DNA of 64,000 nucleotides from the NCBI GenBank assembly GCA_965205015.1, contig OZ242029.1:3712001-3776000 (forward strand), written 5' to 3'. Under the pieces are notes generated by a model. That model worked only from the letters and a program-made list of their open reading frames with translations. It was not told where the DNA came from and made no database searches. A program made the translations under genes and the position numbers. Below are positions 20,476-29,711 of this stretch, piece after piece; positions within the stretch are counted from its first letter, which is position 1; each line of letters starts with the position of its first letter. This DNA comes from Candidatus Poribacteria bacterium (GTDB lineage Bacteria > Poribacteria > WGA-4E > WGA-3G).

Positions 20476-20558
20476 GTTGTGCTTGTGTTGCGGTATCTTT
20501 AGTGGTTCTTGACGGTATAGGTGAAGCGGTAGTGTACAAAGTGAAAGTCTTGGAGCCT
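20476..20558 (-). pseudogene. Decayed duplicate of the cas6 5' end
   Basis: Reads LQDFHFVHYRFTYTV/EPLKIP; about 75-80% nucleotide identity to 19238-19320 by manual alignment. Confidence 0.8.
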
Positions 20559-20867
20559 GATAAAAATCTATAAACCGGATCAATCTAACCTACGCGACAC
20601 CATTTTGTCAGGACGTGGTTTTCGGTCAAAAGCGGACACACCTGTTCTTCGAGCGATGTGTTGGAATCTGCCGCTTCGCAACCGCCTTCTATCAACTTTG
20701 CTGCCGTGAATGTGCCTTGAAACCTTCATTTTTTTAGCATTTCATGTAGTGGAAAAGAGGATTTATGATTGTAATAATCTACCATGTGGTCCCAGTTATC
20801 TTGCCATTCTTGATAAACCGGATGTGACTTATCTTTTAAATCTTTTAAAGCACATGAAGAAAGCAAT

Positions 20868-21491
20868 TCACGGAATTACTCCGTTAATTTTACCTGTGTT
20901 ATCAACAGCAATAACCCTCAGTTTCACCTTTGCTCCAATTACACCAGGATAATAGGGACGTTCAAAGACAAGGACCCCACTCTCATCAATATCCAATTGA
21001 ACCGTTACCTTAAATCCTTCCTTTTTCAGAATCGTTGCGTTGACTCTATCACCGACTTTGACTTTCGGTTTTTCCGGTTCTTTTGGTGGCTGAGGTATTT
21101 GTGTCGAACGCTGTTTCGGTGTTTGCTGCTGTGCTTGTTGAGGACGTTGTTCCTCTACAGCCCGCTCAGGCTCGACGCGATAGTAACGCATCAACCGCAA
21201 ACTCCAACCGAGAATCGTCAGGATTTCACCGGTGTCGTTGACATCATGGAGGTGCGTTTCACAAGCTTCTTGGATATTCCGATAAAACCGCTGCGTCTGA
21301 CGGCTTCGGATGAGGGCGTTTCGTGTATTTGCCAACCGCTGAATGAGGGACATAAGCCGATTTTTCGCCTCACCTTCATCTTTGTGGTGTCTCATGAAAG
21401 CGACCACTTTACCGAGCTCATTCGGATCGGTGCCCCAGTCGACTAAATCAAAGGCGATGTCATGGGCAATTGACCACTGTTTTTTATCCAT
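20868..21491 (-). CDS. Type III-associated protein: helical domain, Gln/Pro linker, S1/OB-like domain
   Basis: Last gene of the RAMP operon; LGWSLRLMRYY helical region; KVKVGDRVNATILKKEGFKVTV beta-rich tail. Confidence 0.65.
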   Translation of the reverse strand: MDKKQWSIAHDIAFDLVDWGTDPNELGKVVAFMRHHKDEGEAKNRLMSLIQRLANTRNALIRSRQTQRFYRNIQEACETHLHDVNDTGEILTILGWSLRLMRYYRVEPERAVEEQRPQQAQQQTPKQRSTQIPQPPKEPEKPKVKVGDRVNATILKKEGFKVTVQLDIDESGVLVFERPYYPGVIGAKVKLRVIAVDNTGKINGVIP

Positions 21492-21503
21492 CGAGTACCT
21501 CCA

Positions 21504-22487
21504 TTAGTAAAGCCCAGAGGGGCAGTTGCGATCATTGGGATAGCGAAGGACTTGTGCGAGCTCTGTCAATAAATCCCGCTTGATGAGCGAATTTGCCGCT
21601 TGATTGGTGCATTCGCTCTTCCATACTTCCAATTGCTCACCTGTTCTCGCTGCCTCGGCTTGAACGTTCCAATCCAAGTAGCGATCACGAGTTTGTTCTT
21701 CAACTTGTATTTCATCCATCTGAACATCAATTGAACCGAAACAAATCGGCTTCGCTCCACCGATTTTGAGTTTAAACGGGTGGTCAGGATGATGCCCCAA
21801 TGCAGTAAAAAGTAACCCCCATTCTGACCTTTTCAGATTATCTACTTGGATAACAAAACGAAATTTTGAACCCTTTTTACACGCTTCGACGGGGGTTTCA
21901 CCAGAAGTTACCTCTCCGTGCATGTAAAACTTGCGTCCCGGAATATCCCGCATTCTCCGTTGATAACGCCCTGGTGCATAAAGTTCTGGCACAAATTCTG
22001 TGCCGATTTCTCCTTCAATGTGAGGAGCATCCTGTATCGCGATATTCCCTTGAAATCCCATCGCGCCAAACATTCTGCACGCCACACACAACCTGTTTTT
22101 TTGACGACACTCTGCAAAATCTCTCGGTACTGATCGGCGAATGCGATTGGAAACTTTGCAGACACAACTCTCCGAAATCGCTTCGGCGACACTTCGAATA
22201 GCCCCTTTAAGGGAACTACCGGGAATCACAATATTTCCGCCAGTTCGGACTGCCGTTTTGATGAGTTCTACATTTTGCCCGATGTCTATGATGCCGCTAC
22301 CAATATGGATTGGTGATAGTGCCTCAATTGTTCCATGAATCTGACCTGATATGTGATCCGCGTGATATTGGTCATGTCCGGTTGGATGTTTTTTATCAAT
22401 GCGTTTGGGAAGCGGTATGTATGCAAAAGGCTTTGGTGCGGCTTGCTCTCGATTTCTGCTCTGTTTACTGCGTTGGTATTGTCCCAT
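21504..22487 (-). CDS. cas7: RAMP Cas7/Csm3-family protein
   Basis: SPIHIGSG, IPGSSLKGAIRS, CVACRMFG, GRKFY, KIGGAKPICFG. Confidence 0.9.
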   Translation of the reverse strand: MGQYQRSKQSRNREQAAPKPFAYIPLPKRIDKKHPTGHDQYHADHISGQIHGTIEALSPIHIGSGIIDIGQNVELIKTAVRTGGNIVIPGSSLKGAIRSVAEAISESCVCKVSNRIRRSVPRDFAECRQKNRLCVACRMFGAMGFQGNIAIQDAPHIEGEIGTEFVPELYAPGRYQRRMRDIPGRKFYMHGEVTSGETPVEACKKGSKFRFVIQVDNLKRSEWGLLFTALGHHPDHPFKLKIGGAKPICFGSIDVQMDEIQVEEQTRDRYLDWNVQAEAARTGEQLEVWKSECTNQAANSLIKRDLLTELAQVLRYPNDRNCPSGLY

Positions 22488-22499
22488 GTTCCATACTCC

Positions 22500-22985
22500 T
22501 TATCTTTCAACAAATTCCGTATATCGCGTGAATCGGATGGCCTGCGACTTAAGGTCCCTATACTGAATTATCCTAACCTTTGGAAACTTACACCAATCCA
22601 TTGGGTAGTCAAGTTCTCGAGGGATTCGCGTGTCTCGCCAAGGTTTTGTTTCACCACCCCCGAGTAGAAAAACTTTCTGCGGCGCGCTTGTTTCCCATTT
22701 ACCTTGTCCAGTGAATCCTTCTGGCAGGAATCCCTCAGACAGCCAAAGCAACACATAACCATCCGCAGTTTTTTGCCAACGGATCTCGCGTTTTTTATCA
22801 AACAACCTGCCGTGTGTATATTTTTCGATTTTTGCTGCATTTGGAATGCCTTTTTTCCAATCGGTGATTCTATTCGGACGTTGGAGCAGATAGTATGACA
22901 ACTCATTAAATTGTATACTTGTCAATAGTTCATTAAGTGCCGAAACATCAGATACACGTGCTGTTGCAACAATTGCTTTTCCCAC
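22500..22985 (-). CDS. csx19: Csx19-like type III-D subunit
   Basis: GRLF....EIRW motif, size and position between cas7 genes; GTG start after GGAG. Confidence 0.65.
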   Translation of the reverse strand: MGKAIVATARVSDVSALNELLTSIQFNELSYYLLQRPNRITDWKKGIPNAAKIEKYTHGRLFDKKREIRWQKTADGYVLLWLSEGFLPEGFTGQGKWETSAPQKVFLLGGGETKPWRDTRIPRELDYPMDWCKFPKVRIIQYRDLKSQAIRFTRYTEFVER

Positions 22986-22989
22986 TTGG

Positions 22990-23919
22990 TTATTCTCCTT
23001 CGATCCTGTTTCGCCATGAACCGACACATTCACGCCACAGCGCGGTGAGGTCGTCCGATTCCTCAAAAGATAGTGTGGCACCGAGTCCATAGTCATCTGC
23101 TTGGGCCTGAACGTTCGTATTGACAGAATCAGGGTTGGAAAACCCGTAAGCCTCCGCATCCCCCGCATCATTGACAAGTTGCCCAGCTCCGACAACAATA
23201 TTGTTGTCAAATGGAGCAATTTGATTCCCTACCGGACGCAATTGATTATTTTCAACAACCATTGTCGGATAATAAATTGTGACCCGATTGATTTTCATGT
23301 TCACCTGTCCTAAACCGCGGGATTTTGCGAAACCGATACCGATACGCTGCTCGTCAAAATCGCGGATGGCGAGTGCAATAAGTGCCAGTTGTGCAATTGT
23401 AAAGTTTTTTACACGAATTGTCGTCTTAAAAGCACCTGCTGTAATAACCTCAAAATTGAATGGACCGACTGCAACTGAACCGAAGACACGGTCAATGGCA
23501 ACACCATTTCGCTCTTCTCGGCGAATCTCTCCCGGGTTGACAGGATACGCATCCTCAATACGGGCATGTGCTGAGATTTCTGTGCTGCCAAAAATTTGGC
23601 AAACCGTACAGGTCTTTTTGTAGAGTGCAGCCCTGTTTTCTTCCGTCAAATTTCTACATGGTGAGTTCCTTTGCAATGGATCACATGCTGTTACGTTGCC
23701 ACCGACCGTCCGCACAATACGTTCACAATGGGCGCGGATCGCACCTTTCAACGAGGAACCCGGAAGATAAACGCTTCTATCACCTTCATGGTAGGTTTCA
23801 ACGAACTCCATATCTGGCTTGGTCGGGTCTGCCCCTTGGTCGCTTGCTTTGATAAGCAAGGGTCCGACGGGAGAGATCGTTATTTCAATAATGGCTTGGT
23901 TGACCATCCGTTTGTGCAT
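22990..23919 (-). CDS. cas7: RAMP Cas7/Csm3-family protein
   Basis: YLPGSSLKGAIR, CTVCQIFG, RNGVAIDR, GIGFAKSRGLG. Confidence 0.9.
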   Translation of the reverse strand: MHKRMVNQAIIEITISPVGPLLIKASDQGADPTKPDMEFVETYHEGDRSVYLPGSSLKGAIRAHCERIVRTVGGNVTACDPLQRNSPCRNLTEENRAALYKKTCTVCQIFGSTEISAHARIEDAYPVNPGEIRREERNGVAIDRVFGSVAVGPFNFEVITAGAFKTTIRVKNFTIAQLALIALAIRDFDEQRIGIGFAKSRGLGQVNMKINRVTIYYPTMVVENNQLRPVGNQIAPFDNNIVVGAGQLVNDAGDAEAYGFSNPDSVNTNVQAQADDYGLGATLSFEESDDLTALWRECVGSWRNRIEGE

Positions 23920-24755
23920 TAGTTTCCCTCCAATTGATTATTAATTTTGGCTTGAAACGCATTTATCCAAGAGGCCCAGTCAGCATTTTCGCCTGCATAG
24001 TCTTCGGTCAAATACTTTATGATATTTGAACTGTCGATGTAGGTAGCAGTTTCAAGCGATAACTCAATTACGCCAAGTCCTCGGCTACTCCCGCCACCGA
24101 TCGTCAATTCGCCTTTCTCAAAAGCGGATAGACCGATGTAAAGCATACCGAGTTGCCAATCTTCAGCGTTATCAACGATTGCTTTAAAATCAAATAGGAC
24201 ACCTGCCGGGACGACTTCATAATCATAGAGTTTCCCCTCGGAAGCAGTTTCCGTATCTCGATCAATAGCGACTCCATCTCTTTGCTGATACTGGTCAAAC
24301 CAAATATCTGGTTGCACATGCAAGTCGCGGATTTGCAACTTAGAAGCGTACCACAACGATCCAAAAAGTTGGCACACCCAACAAGTATCCTTCAAAATTT
24401 TCTTGCTAAATTCTTGGTCTGTCCAGTTGTGCCGTTCCTGAGGATTTTTAAGTCCTGCCTCTCGTTTTTTTCGCAAATCTTGCATATTACTTCGGTTGAT
24501 ACACTGTTTGTCGTCATCAACAGGATTACAAACGATGTGTTTGTCATTTGTAAAACTCCGCAGCACACTTTCGACGTAAGACCGCAGCACGCCCTTAAAA
24601 CTTGAACCCGGGATATAAGGAAATCCCGCTGTATCCCGGACAACAGGAAGATCAGAGCCGACAACTGCTGTGGAACGACCAGCACCGATACGAATTGCTG
24701 TTAACGTTTCCACCTCGCCAGACAAATTGAGCCGAGATCGGAATTTATTAAACAT
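23919..24755 (-). CDS. cas7: RAMP Cas7-family protein (Csx7-like)
   Basis: IRIGAG, PYIPGSSFKG, CWVCQLFG, RDGVAIDRDT, IGGGSSRGLG. Confidence 0.9.
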   Translation of the reverse strand: MFNKFRSRLNLSGEVETLTAIRIGAGRSTAVVGSDLPVVRDTAGFPYIPGSSFKGVLRSYVESVLRSFTNDKHIVCNPVDDDKQCINRSNMQDLRKKREAGLKNPQERHNWTDQEFSKKILKDTCWVCQLFGSLWYASKLQIRDLHVQPDIWFDQYQQRDGVAIDRDTETASEGKLYDYEVVPAGVLFDFKAIVDNAEDWQLGMLYIGLSAFEKGELTIGGGSSRGLGVIELSLETATYIDSSNIIKYLTEDYAGENADWASWINAFQAKINNQLEGN

Positions 24756-25225
24756 TAGTTGTTTCTCCTTTCGTTTGCCAGAAAAACTTGATACCGTGCC
24801 AGGTTGCCCAAGTAAAGCTGCATGAGACGTAAGTGAACTTGTTGAATCCGATCTTTACCCGAATCCGTGGATGGATCTTCACCTATTGATTGGACAATAT
24901 TCTCAGCATCTTCACCTAATGTTTCGATCTCTTTAACTAATGCAACGGCAAAACTTATGTCGCCCCCACCAGTGTCGCTCCACATCCGGTTCGCACCGCT
25001 CCGACCAAGTTGATAACGGATATAGTTCTTGGTAACCTCAATCCCACTTCCGGGTTCTGTTGCCACATTCAAGACATTCCGAAATGGTGAACGTTCGTTT
25101 CGGAGATTATAGCTTTTCGCCAATTCCTGCATCTTTGGAATAAGTATTTCCATCTGCAAACCAATTTCCCGCTCTATTATCAGATTTTTCTGTTTTTCAG
25201 TGGCAACTTGCTCTGTTTGGCTCAT
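24755..25225 (-). CDS. cas11: Small subunit Cas11 (Csm2-like)
   Basis: 156-aa helical protein with NYIRYQLGR motif, translationally coupled within the RAMP operon. Confidence 0.7.
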   Translation of the reverse strand: MSQTEQVATEKQKNLIIEREIGLQMEILIPKMQELAKSYNLRNERSPFRNVLNVATEPGSGIEVTKNYIRYQLGRSGANRMWSDTGGGDISFAVALVKEIETLGEDAENIVQSIGEDPSTDSGKDRIQQVHLRLMQLYLGNLARYQVFLANERRNN

Positions 25226-27054
25226 TCTGCTTCCTCCTTGTTTTCTGATTTGACTTTATCTTTCATTTGAAGATGGAACCGGTCACAAATCAATATTTGT
25301 CCGAATCCCTCTTCACGTCGATTGCCGATGCCGATACTTTCGAGTGTTTGCAGTTCAGGCAGCCAAGTGTCAATGTCTGGCGTATGAAATACAAAGACAC
25401 TTCCCATACGAGTGCCAAGGTCTACTTCTTTTGGCAACCCCCATACCGCGTTCCACCCACTGACATAATCGTAACTCGCAAAACTGCGAATGAGTGTTAC
25501 CTCAGCCTTACAATCTGCTATCTTTTGAAGCATCGGTGCAGTGAGAACCATGCTCCGTTGCCACCCATCTTCTGCTGTCAGGATGGTATCGGATTGCAAA
25601 TTAACACTGAAGTAAGTGCCCTTGAAAGCATCCATTTCGACAGTTGATAAGTGATGGTAAGCCCCCCATAACCGTTTCAACTCTTCGTTAAATTCAGAAA
25701 TACGTTCTTCTAACGAATCTCGGTCTGAAGGTTTCGTCACCTTTACGCGAATCTGTCCAAGTCCTCGGGATGTGCCGCCGCCGAGCCGCCGAACCTGCTT
25801 CTGCAAGGTATCAGCAACCTGACTTACGAGATCCGATGGAACTCGTGCGGAACCTTGCAAAGTCCCTTCTTTTTCATCTGCTGTTAACGGATCAACGGCT
25901 GTGAGGTGATAAAGTAGTTCATCCTCAGCCACTTTACGCTGTCGGTTGATTGCGACTCGGGTAAGCAATCGTGTGTTTAAGGCTCGCCTTTCATAAGATG
26001 TCCCAACATGCTCATAAAATCCGCCTTGTGATTCAACCCGTCCACTGCAGCATGGACAATTGGGCTGATACATCGATTCTGCCTTTTCTGAAACGATTCT
26101 CTCAAGAAGTGTGTCGAAAATTCCGTGTTTATCTTCATCTCCCTCTTTCAAAAATCCAGAAAAATCCTTACAACCTACAGCTGTTGCGGGTAGGACTTTT
26201 GAACCCGGATAACAGTTTCGGAAGATTCCAGCATCTTCATTGAGAAACAATTGTTGAAAATCAGCGTCAGGTTCGCTATTCTCCGAATCTGCCCGCCATA
26301 CCTTTGCAATCGCACCGCGTATTAATCCTCCGCGAATATATTGAACTGCCTCGGCTGCCTGTCCGGTAGGTTTGCGTCCACCCGGGAGAAGAGGCGATTT
26401 CAGCGTGATTTTGATCTGTAACTCAGTGAAATCACCTGGGTCTGATTTTATCGATGAAACTGTTGGCGGTCTCATCTCAAGTTCTTCTCGTTCAATATTC
26501 AGCCAACCGAGTCCACGAGATTTTCCAGTGCCTACCGCATGAATATAGTTGAGTCCTGCCCGTAGCAATTTAAGCTGATCATTTGTGATTCCACCATCAA
26601 TCGTCACATTTCCAGAGAATTCAATACCGGCATTTGCCAAACTCGTCTCGATAAAATAGAGGCGTTGGTCCTCTGCGACTCGCCGCCGCCGATTGATAGT
26701 CACGCCGTTCCGAATTTCTGTTGATTCTACTACTAAATCTGTAGTCATCACCAAATCATCGATAAAAATTCTTGATTCTTGATCCGGCGCACCAAAGATC
26801 TGACAGATAACGCAGTGGTCAATTCTGCACATCGTCTCGGCACGTGGACTGTTGCACACATGTTTACCTTCCCCTCTTGCAATTGCCTCACAAGCGTGCC
26901 GCCAGATACCTTTCAGAGTTGAAGCAGGGATGTAAAGCTTCCCATCACTGGTTTTAACCGTAGACTTGTCGGCACGGATTTCACTTGAGCCGCTATCACC
27001 GATGCAGAGCGCGGTATCAATCGTCGCTGTAATTCGCCACCGTTTTTCAGTCAC
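25222..27054 (-). CDS. csx10: Cas7 (Csm3)-Cas5 (Csx10) fusion RAMP protein
   Basis: N-terminal IPASTLKG...GTGKSRGLG RAMP; then YIRGGLIRGA, LGGGTSRGLG and GIGNRREEGFG. Confidence 0.8.
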   Translation of the reverse strand: MTEKRWRITATIDTALCIGDSGSSEIRADKSTVKTSDGKLYIPASTLKGIWRHACEAIARGEGKHVCNSPRAETMCRIDHCVICQIFGAPDQESRIFIDDLVMTTDLVVESTEIRNGVTINRRRRVAEDQRLYFIETSLANAGIEFSGNVTIDGGITNDQLKLLRAGLNYIHAVGTGKSRGLGWLNIEREELEMRPPTVSSIKSDPGDFTELQIKITLKSPLLPGGRKPTGQAAEAVQYIRGGLIRGAIAKVWRADSENSEPDADFQQLFLNEDAGIFRNCYPGSKVLPATAVGCKDFSGFLKEGDEDKHGIFDTLLERIVSEKAESMYQPNCPCCSGRVESQGGFYEHVGTSYERRALNTRLLTRVAINRQRKVAEDELLYHLTAVDPLTADEKEGTLQGSARVPSDLVSQVADTLQKQVRRLGGGTSRGLGQIRVKVTKPSDRDSLEERISEFNEELKRLWGAYHHLSTVEMDAFKGTYFSVNLQSDTILTAEDGWQRSMVLTAPMLQKIADCKAEVTLIRSFASYDYVSGWNAVWGLPKEVDLGTRMGSVFVFHTPDIDTWLPELQTLESIGIGNRREEGFGQILICDRFHLQMKDKVKSENKEEAE

Positions 27055-29647
27055 TGTTGTCCTCCTCCGATTCAGCATGAGGTCCAGAGATAAATTCGTA
27101 AGCTTCAATCAGGTCCAGCAACAAGGTCTCGTAGGATTTCTCATTTTTTTTATTTTTCTGTAGCATTGCATACCAAGGTCCGGGACTGTTCATAACATCA
27201 GGCCCCCCTTGCCAGTTCTGCTCTAACTCATCTCGGAGGATTTTCTCATTGCCACTTTCGAGACGACTTCGGAAATAGAGATATTCAAGTGTAGAAGTCT
27301 GTCTACCCAATTTGAGCGATTGTCGAAGTTGGTAAAGCTGTGAACGTGGGAAATCACTTTCTTTCAAGACTTGGACAGTATCAATGAAACCACAAAGTTC
27401 ATGCAATGTAAACGGACGCATGGTTAGCGAATCCCCTTTATCAGTCTTATAAAACTGCTGGCGAAAATCGTTTAATTCACTGGCAATCATTAAGAGTGAT
27501 TTGAGGGAAAAAAAGTCAACCGTTCCACCAGAATAACCAAACTTCGTTTTTAGCATCTTTGCCCTGGTTTTCGCAGATTTGAGTAATTTGCCAGCAAGGT
27601 CTTCCATAAATGCAATCGGCATATGCTCATTTGCAATTACTAAACCGAGAGACATGCTAAATTGTGGCAATTGACTATCTGCCCCGTTTTCCCACTGTTG
27701 GCGTTGGTAGCGTTGTGCTGTATTTGGACATTTCGCTTTTTCGTTTTCGTACACTGAACGACTCATGAAGGTTTCGTCAAAGTTGATTCCGATCTCGTAG
27801 GCGATTTCGAGTGCCTTATCGCCTGGGACAATTAGAATAAGATCGTCACCACCAATACTAATGATTTCAAATGGGAAAACGTATCGGGGGTTATCGTCTT
27901 TTATTTCGATCGGTTTAAGTTTCGCCAATGCCTTAAACGTTGCCTCCTGCATTGCAACAAAAACCCGTTCGGAGAATTGACGATATTGTGCTGCGGTTTG
28001 GATCTTCTCCAAATAGCCTCCCATATTGTTGCCATCTGCATAGATAAATGCGATGAAACCCTCCGGATCGCTTGCCTTTCCAATATCACTTAAGTCGTTT
28101 GGACCATCAGGCGGCTTCTTATAATTTAGCGACAAGTCTGGAGATGATGCAACATATTCGTTGAATAACGAGATCCAATCAGTCAAACGATAATTTCCGC
28201 CTCCATCTTGCTCTGCTGGTGACCATTGAAGCCCCTTGGTGAAAGGAACTAACTCGTTGATTTTCAGCTGCTTTTTTGATGCCCGCCCCGTAATGTATTT
28301 ACGCCAGCATGCTTCACACAGTTGTTGATCCGTTGAGATTTCGGGAATATGAATAACAGGCCGACGGTCACAACTATTACATGTTTGGCTATAGGGATCG
28401 CGTTCAATGAAAACGGGCAAATCACGGCTTGTTTTTCGATGCAGCATTTGATTTCCCTCTCGCCGCTTGAATTTTGCCATCGCCAATTTTGACGTTAGTT
28501 CTCCGAAAGTCTTTTTACTGAAGAAGTTTGGTGCCTCTTTTCCACCGAAGTAATTCTCTATGACTCGGCCTACTTCAGTTTCTGCACTTTGTCCTGTCTC
28601 GTGAAATTCTTCAATCCAAAACCGTTCAGGGTTCAAACCATACTGTAGCTCAAGTAAGTCAAACGTGTTCCCAACGGCAACACTGTTTGAAGTAAGTGTT
28701 TCCTGCGTATAAATCCGTTCAATTTCATCAGCAATATCGTGAACGATCGAGGCAGGCGTAAAGGCGAGACAATCACCACCGGCGGAATAGATAACACATT
28801 CTCGGGCAGACAAACTATGTCCGCTCCGTTTTCTGAAGTTTTTTTGAATATCTTCTGACCGTTTGGGATCCTCAAGGGATTTGCGTCCTAAGAGAGCAGG
28901 GAGGTATTCAATATTAATGCGGTCAAGTAACGTACTTGCTCCGCGAATTTCGGGCAACTTTGCAGATTCAAAAACATAGCCCTTAATCTTCGTGGCACCC
29001 CCCGATACAAGCCCTACCTGACGCACTTTCAACGCAGTATACTGTTTCAACTGATGTGTGGAAAACGACGCTCGAGCATCCACGGGAGAGTGCTCAGATG
29101 CCACTGTTTTCGCCGCATGCACAATCTGTGCGCACACATCGCCGTCTGATTCTGGGGCGATCGCCGAAGTCAAAAGTCCAGCCCACACAGCATCGTAAAC
29201 ATCGTCGAGCCCATCCTCTTTCCATGTTGCTGTCAATGCAGAGAGGCGTAGTTGATCCAAGATGTCAGTATCAGACTTGTAACCGTTGTCATAACCCAGG
29301 CAATACGCGATCGCTGAGGCGGTTAGCGCATGATCCGCAACCGTTGCCCCCGGGAGTGAACGGCACGGCATCCACCGGAATGATCGGAATGATAATTCAC
29401 CGTCTGCCCCAACTCTTCCTTGCCATAATACATCCAGTTGGGGAAGCAGCAACTCGATCATGAAAGAGACACGCTCGGTGATACGCTGCTCGGGCCAGTC
29501 TCGAATATGTGCAGCGGTTTGCTCAACAACAGTGTCCCAATCTTCTTGTGTGATGCCGAATTGATCTCCCAAGATCAGATCTGTCCAACAATAATGTATT
29601 TGTTGCCCTTCTTTAAGCAGTTTACCTGTTTTCCAATCTCTGGTCAT
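27047..29647 (-). CDS. cas10: Cas10 large subunit with intact cyclase palm, no HD motif seen
   Basis: IKGYVFES.KL.EIRGAS, YSAGG, CNSC/CEAC, YADGNNMG, IGGDDL. Confidence 0.95.
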   Translation of the reverse strand: MTRDWKTGKLLKEGQQIHYCWTDLILGDQFGITQEDWDTVVEQTAAHIRDWPEQRITERVSFMIELLLPQLDVLWQGRVGADGELSFRSFRWMPCRSLPGATVADHALTASAIAYCLGYDNGYKSDTDILDQLRLSALTATWKEDGLDDVYDAVWAGLLTSAIAPESDGDVCAQIVHAAKTVASEHSPVDARASFSTHQLKQYTALKVRQVGLVSGGATKIKGYVFESAKLPEIRGASTLLDRINIEYLPALLGRKSLEDPKRSEDIQKNFRKRSGHSLSARECVIYSAGGDCLAFTPASIVHDIADEIERIYTQETLTSNSVAVGNTFDLLELQYGLNPERFWIEEFHETGQSAETEVGRVIENYFGGKEAPNFFSKKTFGELTSKLAMAKFKRREGNQMLHRKTSRDLPVFIERDPYSQTCNSCDRRPVIHIPEISTDQQLCEACWRKYITGRASKKQLKINELVPFTKGLQWSPAEQDGGGNYRLTDWISLFNEYVASSPDLSLNYKKPPDGPNDLSDIGKASDPEGFIAFIYADGNNMGGYLEKIQTAAQYRQFSERVFVAMQEATFKALAKLKPIEIKDDNPRYVFPFEIISIGGDDLILIVPGDKALEIAYEIGINFDETFMSRSVYENEKAKCPNTAQRYQRQQWENGADSQLPQFSMSLGLVIANEHMPIAFMEDLAGKLLKSAKTRAKMLKTKFGYSGGTVDFFSLKSLLMIASELNDFRQQFYKTDKGDSLTMRPFTLHELCGFIDTVQVLKESDFPRSQLYQLRQSLKLGRQTSTLEYLYFRSRLESGNEKILRDELEQNWQGGPDVMNSPGPWYAMLQKNKKNEKSYETLLLDLIEAYEFISGPHAESEEDNSD

Positions 29648-29711
29648 ACGCCTCCTCCACTTTTCATTCATCCATCATGACGTGAAAGTTCCCGCTTTGT
29701 ATACTTTGAAC

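Noticed and set aside
20426-20539. N-terminal extension of the CARF-nuclease ORF in the ORF track
   Set aside because: It overlaps the cas6 scar. ATG 20425 has a GGAGG RBS and begins the CARF fold.
22986-23219. Long N-terminus of the csx19-like ORF
   Set aside because: It overlaps the upstream cas7. GTG 22985 with an RBS is the more plausible start.
29250-29647. HD nuclease domain in Cas10
   Set aside because: Only a DH in TVADHALTASAIA is present and no HD dyad, consistent with HD-less III-D Cas10.
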